NCBI GenBank assembly: GCA_038870455.1
Contig: JAWCPB010000004.1
Coordinates: forward strand, 1 to 42,595
Origin: Candidatus Micrarchaeia archaeon
GTDB lineage: Archaea > Micrarchaeota > Micrarchaeia > Burarchaeales > JACRGF01
DNA length: 42,595 nt
Reading direction: 5' to 3'
Position numbers and translations under genes: made by a program. Below, in pieces: positions 36,775 through 42,595 of this stretch. A model generated the notes under the pieces. It ran no database searches. It saw nothing but the letters and a program-made list of their open reading frames with translations, and was not told the DNA's origin. Positions within the stretch are counted from its first letter, which is position 1. Every line of letters begins with the position of its first letter.

Positions 36775-38001
36775 TCATTTTCCGCGCCTGTATGCGTCCT
36801 CGAGCGCCTTGACGCCCGGAAGCTGCATGCCCATGAGGAACTCGATGAACGCCTTGCCCGCGAGGCTCATGTAAGAAAACCTCTTTCCGTCGAGCTTTAG
36901 CTTGCTTACAGCATCGACGGTGTTTCCTCCTCCGAGCAGTGAGAAGGCCTTTGAGTTTGCGACCGCGCGCAGCACCGACTCGGTTCCCTTGCCGAAATTG
37001 GCCTCCTCATACACGCCCATGGGTCCGTTCATTATGATGGTGTTGCTCTGGCTGATGAAATCGCCGTACCTCCTCGCGGTCTCGCTGCCGATGTCTTTGA
37101 TGGGCGCGAGGGTGGGCAGCTGAATGACATCCTGCTCCACCCTCTCCCCGTCTTTTTCGAAAGCGAAATCAACCGGCACCTGTATTTTCCCATCGTACTT
37201 TGCCAACAGCTCCTTGGCTTTCGGAATGTGTTTGTCGAGACCCTTCTGGACAAGGAATTTCGTCGTCGGCACGCCAAGATCCCTTCCTTCCGCAGCGAGA
37301 AAGATGTTTCCCACCGCCCCGCCCGTGAGCACCCTGTCGAGAATGCCTCTGCCGAGCCAGTACTCGATTATCTGCATCGTGTCCTCCGCCTTCACTCCTC
37401 CGGCGATGAGCGTGAGCGGTTTCCTGGGATTCTCCAGCGCTTTCGAGAGCGACTTGACCTCCCTCTCCATCACCCTGCCCGCGCAAGTCGGAAGCACATA
37501 GGCGAAGCCGATGATGCTGCAGTGGGGTCTGTGCGCGGCGGAAAACGCGTCGAGAACAAAATAGTTCGCGTGAGGCGCGAGCGCCCTGACGAAAACGCTT
37601 TTTGCATGCGCCTCGCCGGGCTTCTCAATCGTCTCCTCGGCAAGAAAACGCACGTTCTCCAGAAGCAGGATTTCGCCGTTCTTCAGCGCCTTGATTCTCC
37701 CGAGCGCGTTCGAGCCGAAGACATCATCCACATACCCAACGCTTTTCCTCACATACTTCGCCAGCAGCTCGGCGTGGGGCTTGAGCGGCAGAAAGTCGGG
37801 GTCGCCCACCCTCCCCTGGTGCGACATGAGCACGATGCGCGCGCCCTTCTCGCTGAGCTCGCGAATGGTTTCGGAGTGGCTCTCTATCCTCTCGCTGGCG
37901 AGAATGCGGCCGCTCGCGGGGTCCATCGAGGAGTTGATGTCCACCCGCGCGAGGACGGTCTTTCCCTTGAACCCGAAGTCGTCCATTGTGAAAAAGTCCA
38001 T
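36775..38001 (-). CDS. pgk: Phosphoglycerate kinase
   Basis: RVDINS, SHQGR, LLENVRF, DAFSAAHR, NGPMGVYE and GGGNT motifs. Start MDFFT at 38001. Confidence 0.96.
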   Translation of the reverse strand: MDFFTMDDFGFKGKTVLARVDINSSMDPASGRILASERIESHSETIRELSEKGARIVLMSHQGRVGDPDFLPLKPHAELLAKYVRKSVGYVDDVFGSNALGRIKALKNGEILLLENVRFLAEETIEKPGEAHAKSVFVRALAPHANYFVLDAFSAAHRPHCSIIGFAYVLPTCAGRVMEREVKSLSKALENPRKPLTLIAGGVKAEDTMQIIEYWLGRGILDRVLTGGAVGNIFLAAEGRDLGVPTTKFLVQKGLDKHIPKAKELLAKYDGKIQVPVDFAFEKDGERVEQDVIQLPTLAPIKDIGSETARRYGDFISQSNTIIMNGPMGVYEEANFGKGTESVLRAVANSKAFSLLGGGNTVDAVSKLKLDGKRFSYMSLAGKAFIEFLMGMQLPGVKALEDAYRRGK

Positions 38002-38062
38002 GCCCCACACCCTAAAGCCTGTTTTCGCGAAAACATTTAAATTGGCTGGTGGCGAGTAATGA

Positions 38063-39082
<1,020 letters not shown>

Positions 39083-39086
39083 GCCG

Positions 39087-40424
39087 CTACAGCGCATCGA
39101 CTATTTCCTTAGCCTTCCCGACATAAGTAGAGTAGTCGAACAGCTCCTCCAGCTCTCTCGCTGTCAGCAGCCTCGTCACCTCGGCGTTCTCCGCAAGCAC
39201 TTCCTTGAGGTGTCTGCCCTCGCTCTTGGCCTTGATGCTCGCCTCCCTCAAAAGCGCGTGCGCCCGTCCCCTCGGCATTCCCTTTTCGGCCAGCGCAATC
39301 ATCACCCTCTCTGCGAGAATAAGGCCCTTGCTGCCCTCAAGATTCCTCTTTATGTTCTCGGGAAAGAACTCGAGCCCGCCGAGAATGGCCGTGGCTTCCT
39401 TGAGCATGTAATCGGTGATTATGAAGCTCTCCGAGAAGACGAGCCTCTCGCTCGCGCTGTTCGTCAAGTCCCTCTCGTGCTCCAGCGGAATGTTCTCGAG
39501 CGCGGCCAGCACGTTCGCCCTCACCACCCTCGCCAGCCCGCATATTCTCTCGCTGCGGTGCGGGTTTCTCTTCTGCGGCATTGTGGAGCTTCCCACCTGC
39601 CGCCTGCCGAACGGCTCCGCGACCTCCGCTATCTCGCTTCTCTGCAGGTTCCGGATTTCTTTAGCGATTTTCTCCATCGTTGCCGCAATGAGCGCGAGGA
39701 TGAACAGCGCCTCGGCGTGCCTGTCCCTCTGAATCACTTGGTTGGTCGCCTCGGCCGCGTGCAGCCCCAGTTCCCGCATCACTGCCTGCTGGAGCTTGAA
39801 AGCGTCTTTCCCGAACGTGGCCATGCTTCCGACAGCCCCGCTCATCTTGCCGACATACAGCCTCTTCCCGGCCTCCTCCAGCCTCTCCAAGTGCCTCTCG
39901 AGCTCTCTCGCCCACACCGCGAACTTGAGCCCGTAAGTCGTCGGCACGGCGTGTTGGCCGTGCGTCCTGCCGACGCACACGAGGTCCCGCTTTTCTTTCG
40001 CAAGCCTTACGACAATGCCATGCAGCTCCCTCAGCCTCTTTTTTATCAAAGCAAAGGCGTCCCTGAAAACGAGCGCAGTTGCCGTATCCTCTATGTCGTA
40101 GCTCGTCGCCCCCAGATGGACGAACGCGCCCGCCTCCCCGCCGCAGGCCTCCTCAAGCGCCCTCACCATGGCCATTAGGTCGTGGTGAATCTCGGCCTCG
40201 ATCTGCCTGACCCGCTCGAGCCTGACTTTTCCGGCCGCCCGGGCTATCCCCTCAGCAGCCTTTTTTGGAATGTGCCCCAGCTTGGCATGCGCTTTAGCGA
40301 GAGCGACCTCCACCTCAAGCCACTTGGCAAGTTTTTTCTCTTCATCAAAAACAGCGTTCATCTCAGTCGCGTACCGGTTGTCAAGCGCCGAGACAGCCAA
40401 CCAATCACCTTTAAATCCCGCCAA
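39087..40424 (-). CDS. purB: Adenylosuccinate lyase
   Basis: HLGATS, GRTHGQHA, GKMSGAVG, GSSTMPQKRNP and HERDL motifs. Confidence 0.96.
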   Translation of the reverse strand: MAGFKGDWLAVSALDNRYATEMNAVFDEEKKLAKWLEVEVALAKAHAKLGHIPKKAAEGIARAAGKVRLERVRQIEAEIHHDLMAMVRALEEACGGEAGAFVHLGATSYDIEDTATALVFRDAFALIKKRLRELHGIVVRLAKEKRDLVCVGRTHGQHAVPTTYGLKFAVWARELERHLERLEEAGKRLYVGKMSGAVGSMATFGKDAFKLQQAVMRELGLHAAEATNQVIQRDRHAEALFILALIAATMEKIAKEIRNLQRSEIAEVAEPFGRRQVGSSTMPQKRNPHRSERICGLARVVRANVLAALENIPLEHERDLTNSASERLVFSESFIITDYMLKEATAILGGLEFFPENIKRNLEGSKGLILAERVMIALAEKGMPRGRAHALLREASIKAKSEGRHLKEVLAENAEVTRLLTARELEELFDYSTYVGKAKEIVDAL

Positions 40425-40461
40425 GCAATTTGGACTCCGGATTTAAAAACTTGCGGCATTA

Positions 40462-40842
40462 ATGATAGCGGATGGTTGTATGGTGCTCGACCGCATCGGA
40501 GGCTTTCTGCGGGTGATCTGGGAGGGCCACGACACTGACGTGCTGCTAATCGAGCTGCTCAACCTCTTTCTCATAGTCCTGCTAGTCAATCGCCTGCTCG
40601 AGTTTGCGCTCAGGGCGCAGGGGCGTACGCTGGCGGTCACGCTGCGTTATCTCGCCTATGCGTTCGTCGCCCTCGGAGGCGCGATCGTCATCGGCCTCAT
40701 GGAGCCCGTTGGAGGCATTCGCTGGAACCTGTTGTTTGCCTTTGCCCAAAGCGTTTTCATTGCCTCGGCCTTCTTCGCCATCAACCACCTCAAGGAGTCG
40801 ATGGCGGCGTACGAGCATCTCCTCAAGAGAAACAAGGGATGA
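40462..40842 (+). CDS. Hypothetical membrane protein
   Basis: Three hydrophobic segments; TTTAAAAA promoter-like motif upstream. Start may instead be 40480. Confidence 0.65.
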   Translation: MIADGCMVLDRIGGFLRVIWEGHDTDVLLIELLNLFLIVLLVNRLLEFALRAQGRTLAVTLRYLAYAFVALGGAIVIGLMEPVGGIRWNLLFAFAQSVFIASAFFAINHLKESMAAYEHLLKRNKG

Positions 40843-40845
40843 GCT

Positions 40846-40892
40846 GAGGAAAGAAAAAAGAAAGAAAAAGAAAGAGAAAAAGAAAGGAAAAG
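40846..40892 (-). terminator. 47-nt pure purine tract (U-rich on the minus strand), likely terminator of the TRAM gene
   Basis: GAGGAAAGAAAAAAGAAAGAAAAAG... lies between convergent genes, just past the TRAM stop. Confidence 0.55.
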
Positions 40893-40898
40893 CAGCCT

Positions 40899-41165
40899 CT
40901 AAGCGCTTGGCTCGCCTGCTCCGCCTGCTTCGCCGACTTTCTGCGCTATGGCGAAAGAGCGCCTGACTTCGGTGATTTTCACCTTCACCTTGTCGCCCAC
41001 CTTCGTGTCGGGCACGAAGATGACGAAACCCTCTTTCTTCGCTATTCCGTCTCCCTTGGAGGCGACCGCCTCGATTGTGACCTCGAGTTCCTCGCCCGCG
41101 CTTACGGGCTTGGGACCGATGTCTCCGCCTCCTCTGCCTCCGAATCCGCCTCTTCCGTATGCCAT
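40899..41165 (-). CDS. Single-TRAM-domain RNA chaperone
   Basis: RGG-rich N-terminus followed by KPVSAGEELEVTIEAVASKGDGIAKKEGFVIFVPDTKVGDKVKVKI. Confidence 0.92.
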   Translation of the reverse strand: MAYGRGGFGGRGGGDIGPKPVSAGEELEVTIEAVASKGDGIAKKEGFVIFVPDTKVGDKVKVKITEVRRSFAIAQKVGEAGGAGEPSA

Positions 41166-41175
41166 TCTTTCATTC

Positions 41176-41250
41176 TCCAAACAGCAGAATTAGCACCTGT
41201 CCGTCCGCTTTACCGCGCTTTCCGTTCAGCTGCCTTACTGCCTGTTCGAA
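41176..41250 (-). promoter_or_regulatory. Structured 5' leader of the TRAM gene
   Basis: Stems TTCGAACAG/CTGTTTGGA, CAG/CTG, GCAGCTG/CAGGTGC and CGC/GCG; TTTATAAA at 41269-41276. Confidence 0.55.
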
Positions 41251-41281
41251 TATATCACGCTGGAGCGCTTTATAAACTTTC

Positions 41282-41509
41282 CTATCGCCCCCGGAGAAAG
41301 GCGCTGGCGAAAAGCCCTCCCACGACTTCTATGCCCGCTCCGACAGCCACGAGCGTGCCGCCCGCGGCCATGGCCGCCCCGCCGCCCGGGTCGACCGCGG
41401 CCACGGGGTTTCCAGGCACCGAGGAAGCCGCGCCGGCTCCCATGAGCCCGGCTCCCACGGCCATGAGCCCGGGCCCCGCGTATTTCCCGACTGACTCCAT
41501 GATCGCCAT
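41282..41509 (-). CDS. Small Gly/Ala-rich hydrophobic protein (glycine-zipper-like)
   Basis: GAGLMGAG and GGTLVAVGAG..VGG repeats; GGAGG RBS upstream. Confidence 0.65.
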   Translation of the reverse strand: MAIMESVGKYAGPGLMAVGAGLMGAGAASSVPGNPVAAVDPGGGAAMAAGGTLVAVGAGIEVVGGLFASAFLRGR

Positions 41510-41519
41510 TTCGGCCTCC

Positions 41520-41900
41520 TCACGCGCGCAGCGCCCTTGTTGCGTTTTCGATGCTGTCCGGCTTGAGCACGAGTTCGGCGCTCTCCCTGTCGCTGGAAAG
41601 CTGGTAGATGCACTCGATGTTCACGCCGGCTCTGGCGAGCTTTCTGGCAATCTTGGCGAGCTCGCCCGGCCTGTGCCTCAGCTTTATCGTCATCACGTCC
41701 CCGACGCTGACCCTGAAACCGGCTTTCTCGAGCGCGTTGACGGCAGTCCTCTCGTCCTCGGTAATGAGCCGAATGACCCCTTCGTTTCCCGAGCCCTGTG
41801 CGCTTATGCTCTTAATATTCACTCCGCTCGCGCCGAGCGCTTCCGTAACGTCGGCCAGCGCGCCCACCCTGTTCTCAACAAGTACTGTAATCTGCCTCAT
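41520..41900 (-). CDS. Tandem ACT-domain protein
   Basis: MRQITVLVENRVGALADVTEALG..GVNI and HRPGELAKIARKLARAGVNI. Confidence 0.9.
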   Translation of the reverse strand: MRQITVLVENRVGALADVTEALGASGVNIKSISAQGSGNEGVIRLITEDERTAVNALEKAGFRVSVGDVMTIKLRHRPGELAKIARKLARAGVNIECIYQLSSDRESAELVLKPDSIENATRALRA

Positions 41901-41947
41901 CAAACCAGCCTCCTGTTTTACTACTCGCATCAGCTATAAAAACTAAG

Positions 41948-42142
41948 CGCCGGGGGCGAGATTTTCGAACCCTTTTTCCGTCAACGCTTTTGCAAGCGAG
42001 GGTTGTTCGAACTCGCGAAGGCTTTTGGCCCAACAGCTTTCCGAACACCCCACCCAGACAAGAGGGGAGGGTCCAGGACGAAGGGGGGATGCTCCCCCCT
42101 TTGTCTTAGCAGGCTGCCGCCCTACCACTAGGCGACCCCAGC
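41948..42142 (-). tRNA. tRNA-Ser(GCT) with two introns (37/38: 42039-42106, 68 nt; 59/60: 41962-42005, 44 nt)
   Basis: Acceptor GCTGGGG/CCCCGGC+G, anticodon stem GCAGC/GCTGT, long variable arm, T-stem GCGAG/CTCGC. The T-loop intron has a strict BHB (TTCG/CGAA, bulges AAC and AAT, outer AACCCT/AGGGTT). The 37/38 BHB is imperfect. Confidence 0.9.
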
Positions 42143-42164
42143 GTGCAATAAGATGCACGGAACT

Positions 42165-42180
42165 TTCTTATAGCCTTTTT
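42165..42180 (-). promoter_or_regulatory. BRE/TATA of tRNA-Ser
   Basis: AAAAAGGCTATAAG, with the TATA 25-30 nt upstream of the tRNA. Confidence 0.55.
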
Positions 42181-42225
42181 GCTCGCCAGCAACCTTTTTA
42201 TTCCACACACAGCCAATTATCCGGC

Positions 42226-42595
42226 ATGCGCGGGCTTCTGGCAATCGTTGTTTTTGCTCTTTTCGCCGGCCTCTCTTTCGCCGCCGCGCCCATGCAGTCC
42301 GCTCCCGTGCTCAACTCCTCCTAGGGCAGAAACACTGTCGGTGAAAACCTCACGTGCTGGAACCAGAGCACGAGCGACGCCGATGGCGACACCGTCAAAC
42401 TGGTACAAAAACGGGCAGCCGTACGCGGTGCTCAACATGCCTTTTGAGACGAACTCGAGCACGACTGCAAACAAGCCCTCCTCAACATCACGCCAACATG
42501 CGGCTTGTCCCTCAACACGACCTCCCTATCCTTCGGAAACCTGACGACAGGCCAGACGAGCAGCCAACAGGGAATAAACTTGACGAACATAGGCT
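42226..42595 (+). pseudogene. Disrupted secreted surface protein (partial, runs off the window end)
   Basis: Signal peptide, then PVLNSS*GRNTVGENLTCWNQSTSDADGDTVK, shift to WYKNGQPYAVLNMPFETNS, shift to LLNITPTCGLSLNTTSLSFGNL. In-frame TAG at 42322-42324. Confidence 0.6.

Noticed and set aside
40846-40892. Purine tract read as a Lys-rich ORF (40604-40966) or a triplex-forming element
   Set aside because: More simply explained as a U-rich archaeal terminator between convergent genes.
42322-42324. TAG readthrough (pyrrolysine or recoded stop)
   Set aside because: Many intact genes here end in TAG, and the same gene also has frameshifts.

Overview
Gene-dense archaeal chromosome window. It is probably from a DPANN archaeon such as Micrarchaeota; this is inferred from gene content (TFB, MCM, aIF2-beta, aIF1A, RIO1, fibrillarin, NAC, bacterial-type GAPDH, CARDB/CxDSDxG surface proteins) and was not tested by any search. 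Most genes are housekeeping. The notable items are: (1) two tRNA genes about 31 kb apart, tRNA-Arg(CCT) with a 172-nt intron and tRNA-Ser(GCT) with two introns, whose introns share sequence modules and suggest a mobile, modular tRNA-intron family; (2) a membrane-anchored lytic transglycosylase with a LysM-like tail, i.e. a peptidoglycan-attacking enzyme in an archaeon; (3) a MetRS gene with no canonical start codon, apparently beginning at ATC; (4) a four-gene membrane/MoxR/vWA operon that includes a protein with an unrecognised 4x repeat; (5) a CTAG-bounded 78-bp palindrome fused to tRNA-Lys; (6) a LAGLIDADG intein in MCM, with ORB-like motifs upstream of the gene; (7) two convergent basic micro-ORFs, a structured leader on the TRAM gene, an EndoV with a catalytic D-to-N change, and a squalene/phytoene synthase plus GGR-like pair. 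A cluster of single-base deletions at about 31.4-32.2 kb suggests local sequencing error, so single-base claims should be checked against reads.
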